From Pseudolabrys sp. (GTDB lineage Bacteria > Pseudomonadota > Alphaproteobacteria > Rhizobiales > Xanthobacteraceae), in contig DASTSG010000047.1 in assembly GCA_035760805.1 (NCBI GenBank), forward strand, positions 1,924 to 65,923: a stretch of DNA of 64,000 nt. The letters are read 5' to 3'. The position numbers and the translations under genes are program-made. Of this stretch, positions 1 through 7,823 are shown piece by piece; the first letter of the stretch is position 1; every line of letters starts with the position of its first letter. The notes beneath the pieces are model-generated. The model had not been told where the DNA came from. It worked only from the letters and a program-made list of their open reading frames with translations, and searched no databases.

Positions 1-1
1 C

Positions 2-151
2 GGTCTTGGCGGCCTGTCGTCCGGCGCTTCGCCCGACCGGCTCGACGCGCTGGTGTGGGCGGTCACGGAATTGATGGCGCGCGGCAAGCGCCCCGGTCCG
101 CGGATCAGGGGCCTGTGGGACGCCCCGCTGGTGCCCAAGCTGTGGCGGTAG
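2..151 (+). CDS. C-terminal end of a terminase large-subunit-like (phage/GTA DNA-packaging) protein, 5' truncated by window edge
   Basis: Frame 2 is open from the window edge to TAG 149-151. It reads GLGGLSSGASPDRLDALVWAVTELMARGKRPGPRIRGLWDAPLVPKLWR, which I recall as a typical C-terminus of alphaproteobacterial terminase/GTA packaging proteins. Not verified by search. Confidence 0.4.
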   Translation, partial: GLGGLSSGASPDRLDALVWAVTELMARGKRPGPRIRGLWDAPLVPKLWR

Positions 152-260
152 CCCTCTATCGGGCGCATCGACTTGCGCTCGTGCCGATAAGCGTACGCCC
201 GGCGCTGGGCCGGGCGTAAGCCGATGCATCCGCTTCGGCGGAAAGAACGCTATCAGTACT

Positions 261-1112
261 TCACTTGGCCGCCGCGATCTTCTGCCGCTGTTCGCCGAGG
301 CCGTCGATACCGAGAGTCACGACGTCGCCGACTTTCAGGAATTTCGGCTCCGGCTTCATGCCGAGCGCGACGCCCGGCGGCGTGCCGGTGATGATGACGT
401 CGCCCGGCTCCATCACGAAGAACTGCGAGCAATACCAGACGAGATATTCGCAGCCGAAGATCATCGTGCGCGTGTTGCCGTGCTGGCGCTGCTCGCCGTT
501 CACCTTCAGCCACATGTTGAGGTTCTGCGGGTCCTTGATCTCGTCCCTGGTGACGAGCCACGGCCCGAGGGGGCCGAAGGTCTCGGAGCTCTTGCCCTTG
601 AACCACTGGCCGCCGGAACGCTCGATCTGGAAGGAGCGCTCGGACACGTCGTTGGCGATGCAATAGCCGGCGATCGCCTGCTTGGCGTTTTCCTTGGTGA
701 GATAGCGCGCACGCTTGCCGATGACGATGCCGAGCTCGCACTCGTAGTCGAGTTTGGCGCCACCCTTCGGCATCAGCGTGTTGTCGTTCGGGCCGCAGAT
801 CGAGGTGGTCATCTTGCTGAAGATCACCGGCTCCTTCGGGATCGGCATGCCTGCTTCTTCCGCGTGGTCGCGGTAGTTCAGGCCGATGGCGATGAAGTGG
901 CGCACGTTGCCGACGCAAGCGCCAATCCGCGGCTTGCCGGGAACGGGCTTGAGCCGCTTGATGTTCGCTTTCTTGATCTTGGCGAGGCCGCCTGAGGCAA
1001 ACATTTCGCCGTCGATGTCTTTCACCACGCGCGAGAGATCGCGGATCTTTCCATCAGCGTCGATGATGCCGGGCTTCTCGCGGCCGGGCGCGCCATAACG
1101 AACAAGCTTCAT
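261..1112 (-). CDS. fumarylacetoacetate hydrolase (FAH) family protein
   Basis: ORF 261..1220(-) with FAH-family blocks (IGLNYRDHAEE, DYECELGIVIGK, GDVIITGTPPGV). Start moved to ATG 1112 (MKLVRYG): a purine-rich SD (GGAGGAATAAGGAT) lies directly upstream, and the longer N-terminus would run through a REP-like hairpin. Confidence 0.9.
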   Translation of the reverse strand: MKLVRYGAPGREKPGIIDADGKIRDLSRVVKDIDGEMFASGGLAKIKKANIKRLKPVPGKPRIGACVGNVRHFIAIGLNYRDHAEEAGMPIPKEPVIFSKMTTSICGPNDNTLMPKGGAKLDYECELGIVIGKRARYLTKENAKQAIAGYCIANDVSERSFQIERSGGQWFKGKSSETFGPLGPWLVTRDEIKDPQNLNMWLKVNGEQRQHGNTRTMIFGCEYLVWYCSQFFVMEPGDVIITGTPPGVALGMKPEPKFLKVGDVVTLGIDGLGEQRQKIAAAK

Positions 1113-1177
1113 ATCCTTATTCCTCCCCAAGGGCAGTCGTTTGATGGCTCGGCCCGAGCGACTTGGCCAATTCAGCC

Positions 1178-1285
1178 ATTCCGGGACGCTCGCGTTCGCG
1201 AGCGCGGGTCCGGAATCCATCCCTCCGTAGCGCCGGGATTATGGATTCAGGGTTTGCGGCCTAGCGACCGCGCCCCGGAATGACG
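1178..1285. repeat. REP-like GC-rich intergenic hairpin elements (ATTCCGG...CCGGAAT type)
   Basis: 1178-1216 attccgggacGCTCGCGttCGCGAGCgcgggtccggaat forms a composite imperfect hairpin. A further ccccggaatgacg end lies at 1273-1285. The same ATTCCGGG/CCCGGAAT termini recur at 39084-39117. Confidence 0.5.
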
Positions 1286-1422
1286 AACCAGCAAGTTGTT
1301 CACGCCAAGCAGGTCGGCGCGGACTATGCGATGCCAAAGGGTCTGCGGGCAACCCTTCTTCTTTCATCGCTTCTCTTCTTGTTCGGGGTGAGTGTCCCCG
1401 GCGTGACATCCGTCCGGCGTCT

Positions 1423-1599
1423 TCACCAGAGGGATCCGGTGTGCCCGTTCTTGCTCCGCATGAAAACCGCCAGCACCAGGAAAATTGCGGTGACGCCGCC
1501 GGAGAACGCCAGCATCCAGTTCTGGCCGCTAAGGCCAAAAATCTCGAAATCGGCGGTGAGCCACGCGAAGAGTGAGCTTCCGATATGTAGCATGCGCAT
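1423..1599 (-). CDS. possible small membrane protein (58 aa), below the ORF-track size cutoff
   Basis: My translation of the minus strand: MRMLHIGSSLFAWLTADFEIFGLSGQNWMLAFSGGVTAIFLVLAVFMRSKNGHTGSLW, ending at TGA (plus-strand tca 1423-1425). It has one clear hydrophobic helix followed by basic residues. SD is weak; no homology check possible. Confidence 0.3.
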   Translation of the reverse strand: MRMLHIGSSLFAWLTADFEIFGLSGQNWMLAFSGGVTAIFLVLAVFMRSKNGHTGSLW

Positions 1600-1869
1600 A
1601 ACCTGACGTATTGCTCCCCAAGTGTAATGCGACCAACGCGGTACAATCAGTAAATTGCAAATAAATTCCGTGGCTTAGAGCCTAACGAATTGCGCATCTT
1701 TGTATTGCAGGGGCGATGGCTGGCGGATGGTTAGCCATCTGTAACCGGATCGGCTTTGTTTCGACGATCAATTTCATCGATCGATAAACCCAGGGGCATA
1801 GCGTTTTCGTACCGGTCAGCCGTCTGACCTTCGCGCGGCGTTGGCGGGCCAAGGGGCCGAACGCCGGCA

Positions 1870-2145
1870 ATGACGGAGGAAGCCATGAAAGAGAGACGCA
1901 GAGTTCAGCGCCACCGCGTGCTCAAGCGGGGCAGCATCGCGTTCAATCGTGCCGGCGGCATCGATTGCCAAATCCGAAACGTATCGCCCATCGGCGCTTG
2001 CCTCGAAGTGGCGAGCCAGGTCGGTATTCCGGACGAATTTGTGCTGGTGATCGAATACGATCACTTCCGCCGCCCGTGCCACGTCATCTGGCGCAAGCCG
2101 ACGCGCATGGGAGTCGAATTCGACCCGGAAAAGCAGGCGGCGTAA
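1870..2145 (+). CDS. single-domain PilZ (c-di-GMP-binding) protein
   Basis: ORF track, 91 aa. Both PilZ signatures are present: RxxxR (RRRVQRHR) and (D/N)xSxxG (NVSPIG). An alternative start is the internal Met at MKERRR. Confidence 0.85.
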   Translation: MTEEAMKERRRVQRHRVLKRGSIAFNRAGGIDCQIRNVSPIGACLEVASQVGIPDEFVLVIEYDHFRRPCHVIWRKPTRMGVEFDPEKQAA

Positions 2146-2163
2146 CGGAGCAGCAGCGAGTAG

Positions 2164-2943
2164 CTAGAACGCCGCCGGGAATGTGCCGCCGTCGATGAGC
2201 AGGTTCTGGCCGGTAATGTAGCCGGCGTGCGCCGAACAAAGAAACGCGCAAGCCGCACCGAATTCCGCCGGATCGCCGAAGCGGCGTGCAGGGATGCCGG
2301 CCTTGCGCTCGGCTGCGACCTCCTCGATGCTCTTTTTCTTCTGCTCCGCCGCCTTGCTGAGCGTCCCGCGCAGACGGTCGGTGTCGAAGGCACCGGGCAG
2401 AATGTGATTGATGGTGACGTTTCTGTCCGCAACCGTCCGCGCGACGCCGGCAAGAAATGCGGTCAGCCCTGCGCGCGCCCCGGATGATAGGTCGAGGCCG
2501 GGCAAAGGCGCTTTTACCGAGCCGGATGTGATGTTGACGATCCGGCCGAAGCGGCGCTCGGCCATCGAATCGATCACCTTCTGAGTAAGTTCGATCGCGG
2601 TGATCATGTTGGCGATGACGCCGTCAATCAGCTGCTGACGCGACAGCTCGCGGAAATCGCGCAGGGGCGGACCCGCGTTGTTGTTGACGAGGATATCGGG
2701 AGCAGGGCAGGCCGCCAGCAATGCCTTTTGGCCTTCCGCCGAAGCGACATCGGCGGCGACCGGAATGATTTTTGCGCCGGTTGCGGCCTTCAATTCGGCT
2801 GCGGTCGCTTCGAGCTGTTTGGCGTCGCGGCCGTTGATGACGACCTCGCATCCGGCTTCGGCCAGCGCCTTTGCGCAAGCCTTGCCGAGCCCGCGGCTCG
2901 ACGCGCAGACAATGGCCTTGCGGCCCGAAATTCCGAGATCCAT
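2164..2943 (-). CDS. SDR family oxidoreductase (3-oxoacyl-ACP reductase-like)
   Basis: ORF 2164..2997(-). Rossmann motif SSRGLGKA and the NNAG motif are present. Start set at ATG 2943 (MDLGISGRKAIV), typical for SDRs. Confidence 0.9.
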   Translation of the reverse strand: MDLGISGRKAIVCASSRGLGKACAKALAEAGCEVVINGRDAKQLEATAAELKAATGAKIIPVAADVASAEGQKALLAACPAPDILVNNNAGPPLRDFRELSRQQLIDGVIANMITAIELTQKVIDSMAERRFGRIVNITSGSVKAPLPGLDLSSGARAGLTAFLAGVARTVADRNVTINHILPGAFDTDRLRGTLSKAAEQKKKSIEEVAAERKAGIPARRFGDPAEFGAACAFLCSAHAGYITGQNLLIDGGTFPAAF

Positions 2944-3023
2944 GGGAGTCCTTTCTTGAACGGCCGTAACAATTCCTGTGGAGTCAGTTTCTCGCATCCG
3001 GCCAAATGCGGCAACCCGCGGCC

Positions 3024-3104
3024 GTCATTCCCGCGAAAGCGGTGAATCCAGTATTCTTGAAGGACGCAGTGATTACTGGATGCCCCGCTTTCGCGGGGCA
3101 TGAC
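3024..3104. repeat. REP-like nested inverted repeat (GTCATTCCCGCGAAAGCGG...GAATCCAGTA type)
   Basis: Left arm 3024-3053 gtcattcccgcgaaagcggtgaatccagta; right arm 3074-3104 tactggatgccccgctttcgcggggcatgac. The arms are near reverse complements and each contains its own CCGC-GAAA-GCGG mini-hairpin. The element sits in the divergent SDR/dehydratase intergenic region. Confidence 0.55.
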
Positions 3105-3136
3105 AGCGGAATTGATCGGCGCTAGCCTCGCGCGCG

Positions 3137-4129
3137 ATGGGTCTGATCGAAAACCTCAAGGCACCGAGCGCCGCCGACATCGAAGCGGCGGCCAAACGCC
3201 TCGCCGGTGTCGCGGTGCGTACGCCGCTTCTCAACGCGCCGGTGCTCGACGCTGCACTGGACGCGCGCGTCTTCCTGAAATTGGAGACGCTGCAGCGTAC
3301 CGGCTCATTCAAATTTCGCGGCGCCTATAACAAAATCTCAGTCATCCCCGCCGAGCGCCGCGCCGCCGGCGTGGTGGCGTATTCCAGCGGAAATCATGCG
3401 CAGGGCGTTGCCGCTGCCGCACAGCTTTGTGGCCTGCGCGCGACCATCGTTATGCCGAGCGACGCGCCGAGGGCAAAACGCGAGCGTACCGCCGCGCTCG
3501 GCGCCGAGATCGTGCCTTACGATCGGGACACGGAAGACCGTGCGGCGATCGCACACAAGATCGCGGGCGAGCGCGGTGCAACAATTGTGCCGCCGTTTGA
3601 CGATCCGATGATCATTGCGGGGCAGGGCACGATCGGGACGGAGATCGTCGAAGATCTGGCGCGTTTGAATTTGAAGCCGGAAATCGTGGTGGTCGGCGCC
3701 TCCGGCGGCGGGCTTGCGGCAGGCATCGCGCTCGGTGTGAAGTCGCGCGTCCCTGATGCAAGGTTCTACACCGCGGAACCGGAAGGCTTTGATGACACTT
3801 TGCGGTCGTTCAAGAGCGGCAAGCGCGAACGCAACCCGCGTATGAGCGGCACGATCTGCGACGCGCTGATGACGATGACGCCCGGAGAACTGACGTTCCC
3901 GATCAACCGTGAGCTCATCGGCAAGGGCGTGGTTGCAAGCGACGACGACGTTGCGCGTGCGGTGGCCTATGCGTTCCGCGAGCTGAAGCTCGTTGTCGAG
4001 CCAGGCGGTGCGATCGGCTTGGCAGCGCTGCTTGCCGGAAAGATCGACATCAAGGGAAAGGTTGTCGTCGGCGTCTTGTCGGGCGGAAACGTCGATGCGG
4101 AGACGTTCGCAAAGTTGATTTCCGGCTGA
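3137..4129 (+). CDS. PLP-dependent threonine/serine dehydratase (threonine ammonia-lyase family)
   Basis: ORF track, 330 aa. PLP-lysine motif SFKFRGAYNK, the GNHAQGVA block and the glycine loop GASGGGLAAG are present. Confidence 0.9.
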   Translation: MGLIENLKAPSAADIEAAAKRLAGVAVRTPLLNAPVLDAALDARVFLKLETLQRTGSFKFRGAYNKISVIPAERRAAGVVAYSSGNHAQGVAAAAQLCGLRATIVMPSDAPRAKRERTAALGAEIVPYDRDTEDRAAIAHKIAGERGATIVPPFDDPMIIAGQGTIGTEIVEDLARLNLKPEIVVVGASGGGLAAGIALGVKSRVPDARFYTAEPEGFDDTLRSFKSGKRERNPRMSGTICDALMTMTPGELTFPINRELIGKGVVASDDDVARAVAYAFRELKLVVEPGGAIGLAALLAGKIDIKGKVVVGVLSGGNVDAETFAKLISG

Positions 4130-4148
4130 AGCGCAACGGCGGATCGCC

Positions 4149-4880
4149 TTATGTAAAGAGCGCGAGACGCTCTTCTTCCGTTAATTCCGCAAGGACGGGC
4201 AGGATATCGCTCGCCGCCATTCTCTCTGTCACGGAATGCGATGTCTTCGGCATGACTTTCGTCGGTGCATCAATGCGCTCGTGCGCGGCCTCGCGCGGCG
4301 CGCAGAGCGGATCACGGTCCGCCTCCATCGCAGACGGCACAGAAGCATCATGATCCGTCAGCCGTGAGGTGACTTCGATTTTCGTGGGGCGGTCTTCAAC
4401 GGCAAACGCGCCCTTATGCTGCTCTGCGTGTACACGCGTTGCTGACGGCCCAGCGAACCCTTCCCCGCTGCTCGCATTTCTCCGCATCGCTGCTGCCTTG
4501 AATGGGGAGAATCCTGCAGCCGCGTTCGCGTGCTTGGCGGCCATGCCGTCTACGCGGCGCTCGATCAGATCGAGCAATTCCAGAAGCTTTTCCCGGCGCG
4601 CCGCTTCGCGTTCCGTCCGCGCGCCGCCCTCCCGCATGAGCTTGGCCATGGCGCGCAACTCCTGTTGCGCGTTTTGAAAAGCATCCGCCGTGCCGGCCCG
4701 CATCAAGGCTTCGATGCGGTCGAGCGATCTCATCAGCAGCAGCGGTGTTACCGTCGTGCGGCTGCGCAAATCGTATTCGCCGAGGTGCCGGCGGCCACGC
4801 CTGTCGTCGCGTGGCCCGGTGGGCGACTGATGAGCGGCCACCGCCGGCCCGCTCTGTGCCGAACGATATGGATCAGCCAC
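4149..4880 (-). CDS. hypothetical protein (coiled-coil N-terminus, disordered middle, C-terminal ...ILPVLAELTEEERLALFT)
   Basis: ORF track, 243 aa. The track start is GTG at 4880; an internal ATG at 4733 (MRSLDRIEAL) is an alternative. I cannot recognise a family. Confidence 0.5.
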   Translation of the reverse strand: MADPYRSAQSGPAVAAHQSPTGPRDDRRGRRHLGEYDLRSRTTVTPLLLMRSLDRIEALMRAGTADAFQNAQQELRAMAKLMREGGARTEREAARREKLLELLDLIERRVDGMAAKHANAAAGFSPFKAAAMRRNASSGEGFAGPSATRVHAEQHKGAFAVEDRPTKIEVTSRLTDHDASVPSAMEADRDPLCAPREAAHERIDAPTKVMPKTSHSVTERMAASDILPVLAELTEEERLALFT

Positions 4881-4954
4881 GGTCAGTTGCCATATGCAAT
4901 CCGTACCGGCTCAGTCTATCAATCACGCCGTCCGATTCGTCCAGCAATGCCGGC

Positions 4955-6127
4955 ATGACCCTTCAATCCTCCATCCCGGCCGGCTTCACGGCGCGCCTTG
5001 CGGCGCTCTATGTGGCCACTTTTACAGTGGCCGGCATCCAGATGCCGTTCTTCCCCCTCTGGCTCGAGGCCAGAGGGCTCGACGCTCGAACGATCGGGCT
5101 CTTGCTATCGGTGCCAATGATCGCGCGCGTTTTGGCCGTTCCGCTGATCACGCGAGAGGCGGATCGCCGGGAATGGCTGCATCCGCTGCTGGCCGCCTGC
5201 GCCTGCGCCTCGCTTGTCGGCTATGTGCTGCTCGGACTGGCAAAAACGCCCGCGCTGATTTTTGCACTCTTTATCGTTGCGTCGGCGTCCTACGCGTCGG
5301 TCATGCCGATGACCGATGCCTATGCGTTGCGTGGTCTTGCCGCGCTCCGGCGTGCCTATGGCCCGGTGCGGCTTTGGGGGTCGGCGGCATTTATCGCCGG
5401 CAATTTCCTTGCGGGATACGCGGCCGACCTCTTGCCCGCGGGCGATCTGATCTGGCTGATCGCGGCGTCTTATGCAGGGGTCGCCGCCGCGGCGCTTTTG
5501 CTGGCGCCGCTCTCTCCCCTTACCGGGGCGGCCGGCGAAGGTAATCGGCCCAAGGGATTGCTGCGAAATTCCGCCTATCTCGCTGCATTGGCGGCGGCGA
5601 GCTTCATCCAGGCAAGCCACGCTGTATTCTACACTTTTTCGGTTGTTGCCTGGAGCGGAATGGGGCTCAACGGCATCACGATCGCCGCGTTGTGGGCGCT
5701 TGGTGTCGTTGCGGAAATCGCCTTGTTCGCGGTGTCCGGGCGGCTGCCGGCCTCGATTACGCCAATAAATCTGCTGCTCATAGGCGCGGCCGGCGCCGTG
5801 CTGCGATGGGGCGCGATGGCGCTCGATCCGCCTGCTGCGGCCTTGCCTTGGTTACAGCTTCTGCACGCCTTGAGCTTTGGCGCCACTCATCTTGGCACGC
5901 TTGGATTCATCGCCCGCCATACGTCGGCAAACCAGGGGGCAAGCGCGCAAGGCTATCTTGCGATTGCAATCGGCGTTGCGATGGCGGCCGCAACGGGCAT
6001 TTCGGGGCTGCTATTTGCAGCGTTCGGCAGCGTCGCCTATGCGGCGATGGCACTAATGGCTGTCGCGGGCGGCGCTTGCGCGCTGATAGCGAAGCGCCTG
6101 AGCCGTCGAGAGGTGATGGCGGCGTGA
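4955..6127 (+). CDS. MFS transporter (12-TM, 3-phenylpropionate/nucleoside-H+ symporter-like)
   Basis: ORF 4745..6127(+). It is hydrophobic throughout from MTLQSSIPAGFTARLAALYVATF. The upstream 70 codons are Arg/Pro-rich and overlap the divergent gene, so start set at ATG 4955. Confidence 0.85.
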   Translation: MTLQSSIPAGFTARLAALYVATFTVAGIQMPFFPLWLEARGLDARTIGLLLSVPMIARVLAVPLITREADRREWLHPLLAACACASLVGYVLLGLAKTPALIFALFIVASASYASVMPMTDAYALRGLAALRRAYGPVRLWGSAAFIAGNFLAGYAADLLPAGDLIWLIAASYAGVAAAALLLAPLSPLTGAAGEGNRPKGLLRNSAYLAALAAASFIQASHAVFYTFSVVAWSGMGLNGITIAALWALGVVAEIALFAVSGRLPASITPINLLLIGAAGAVLRWGAMALDPPAAALPWLQLLHALSFGATHLGTLGFIARHTSANQGASAQGYLAIAIGVAMAAATGISGLLFAAFGSVAYAAMALMAVAGGACALIAKRLSRREVMAA

Positions 6128-6586
6128 GTTTGCGCGCGCGTGCACGGTCCGCGGCGCATTGCACGAAGGCAAAATGGCTGCCAGATCACGTCCCTGCAAA
6201 AAGATCATGTGACGCGACAGCCCGCCATGCTGATTGATCCAGCGGCGCACCGAGTTGGGATAGAACTTCCACAGCGCTTGCGTTCCCATCGGACTGGTTA
6301 CCGGACGTCCGTCGTGATCCGGCATCCACGCAGCGTGGAAGCCGAGACGCGCGCGCGGCGTGACACAGATGCGATCGCGCGGAATAACGCCGAGCACGAG
6401 CGTGCACGCGGAGAGGCAATTGCCATCGATGACAACGCGTTCGCCGCTTGAGCGCACGGCGGCGAACGTTTCCAGATAGTGGCCGATCTGTCCGCCGCGA
6501 TCTTCTGAAATCAGCACGGTTGCTGAAGAGGGCGCAGCGGTCGCAATCAGCAACGCCGCGCTCAAAGCGAACTCGCGATAGCGCAT
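6053..6586 (-). CDS. secreted hypothetical protein (signal peptide; Cys-containing periplasmic domain)
   Basis: ORF 6053..6589(-), whose track start is TTG. ATG 6586 gives MRYREFALSAALLIATAAPSSA (Sec signal) with GGGGA SD 8 nt upstream. The last 75 nt overlap the convergent MFS gene. Confidence 0.6.
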   Translation of the reverse strand: MRYREFALSAALLIATAAPSSATVLISEDRGGQIGHYLETFAAVRSSGERVVIDGNCLSACTLVLGVIPRDRICVTPRARLGFHAAWMPDHDGRPVTSPMGTQALWKFYPNSVRRWINQHGGLSRHMIFLQGRDLAAILPSCNAPRTVHARANSRRHHLSTAQALRYQRASAARDSH

Positions 6587-6727
6587 CAAAATGTCCCCGA
6601 ACTTGATGTTTCCCCCTGACGGTTTTTCGCACCGTCATTTCACCGAAGTCTAAGGCAATGCGTGGGCAGCGCAAGCGCGACCGAAAGAAATGTTTTGTCG
6701 ATACGCGAACGAAATCAGCGAGTTCCA

Positions 6728-7723
6728 CTATCCCCAGAGTTCCATCTCGGGAGGAAATACACAGCTTTCGTCATAACGCAGGCCGTGTGGGCGGTCGGCC
6801 TCGAGCAGCAATGGGCCGTCAAGATCGACGTAGCGCGCCTTTTGCGCAAGCAATACGGCGGGAGCCATCGCAAGTGATGTTGCGACCATGCATCCGGCCA
6901 TTATCGAAAATCCGAGCCGCTCGGCTTCGGCCGTCATCGCCAAAGCTTCGGTGAGTCCGCCGGTTTTATCCAACTTGATGTTTACCGCGTCGTATTTGCC
7001 AACCAGTTTTGCGAGCGACGCGCGATCGTGCGCGCTTTCATCGGCGCAAATGGCGACGCTGCGCGTCAATCGTGCCAAGACGTGATCGTCTCCCGCGGGC
7101 AATGGCTGTTCGATCAGTTTGACGCCGGCGTCCGCGCAAGCCGCAATGTTTTCGGCCAAATTATCTTCGGTCCAGCCTTCGTTGGCGTCGACGATGAGAA
7201 CCGCGTGCGGCGCTGCCGCGCGCACAGCTGCGATGCGCGCAGGGTCGCCGGTAGTGCCGAGCTTGACTTTGAGCAGGGGGCGGCTGGCAACTTTCCTTGC
7301 TGCACGCGCCATGGCCGGCGCATCGTCCAGCGAAATCGTGTAGGCTGTGGGCAATGGCCTGGGTGCGGGTAGGCCCGCGAGCTCAAAGGCGCGCTTGCCG
7401 GCGCGTTTTGCTTCGAGGTCCCAGAATGCGCAATCGATCGCGTTGCGCGCTGCGCCGGGTGGCATGGTGGTCTGCAAGGCCTGCCGATCGAGACCGCGTG
7501 CGATCAACGGCCGCATGCCTTCGATGGCGCCGATAACGCCGTCGACGGTTTCGCCGTAGCGCGCATAGGGCACACATTCGCCACGTCCGCGGTGGATACC
7601 GTCCGATAGTGTGGCGACGACGACGGCGGCTTCGGTTTTAGCGCCGCGGCTGATATTGAAGCGGCCCGCGATGGGCCATCGTTCGGCCGCGACGGACAGC
7701 GAAAGGGGCTTGGGGATATCCAT
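6728..7723 (-). CDS. dipeptide epimerase (L-Ala-D/L-Glu epimerase type), enolase superfamily
   Basis: ORF track, 331 aa. Enolase-superfamily blocks LKVKLG, IVDANEGW, IEQPLP, ADES are present. Confidence 0.85.
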   Translation of the reverse strand: MDIPKPLSLSVAAERWPIAGRFNISRGAKTEAAVVVATLSDGIHRGRGECVPYARYGETVDGVIGAIEGMRPLIARGLDRQALQTTMPPGAARNAIDCAFWDLEAKRAGKRAFELAGLPAPRPLPTAYTISLDDAPAMARAARKVASRPLLKVKLGTTGDPARIAAVRAAAPHAVLIVDANEGWTEDNLAENIAACADAGVKLIEQPLPAGDDHVLARLTRSVAICADESAHDRASLAKLVGKYDAVNIKLDKTGGLTEALAMTAEAERLGFSIMAGCMVATSLAMAPAVLLAQKARYVDLDGPLLLEADRPHGLRYDESCVFPPEMELWG

Positions 7724-7823
7724 GTTTCAGCAGGTCAGGGCGGCTCTCGACAGGTTCCAGCGCGTGGTCAAGTATGGCCCGGATTCGCATGTTGCCGCCA
7801 CGGCGGAGCGCGGACCACGCTGA

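Noticed and set aside
6053-6127. A 75-nt convergent overlap between the MFS gene and the secreted-protein gene, considered as a sign of frameshift or pseudogene
   Set aside because: Both reading frames are intact over their conserved parts. The overlap involves only a low-complexity C-terminal tail of the minus-strand ORF, so a real overlap or a slightly misjudged end is more likely than decay.
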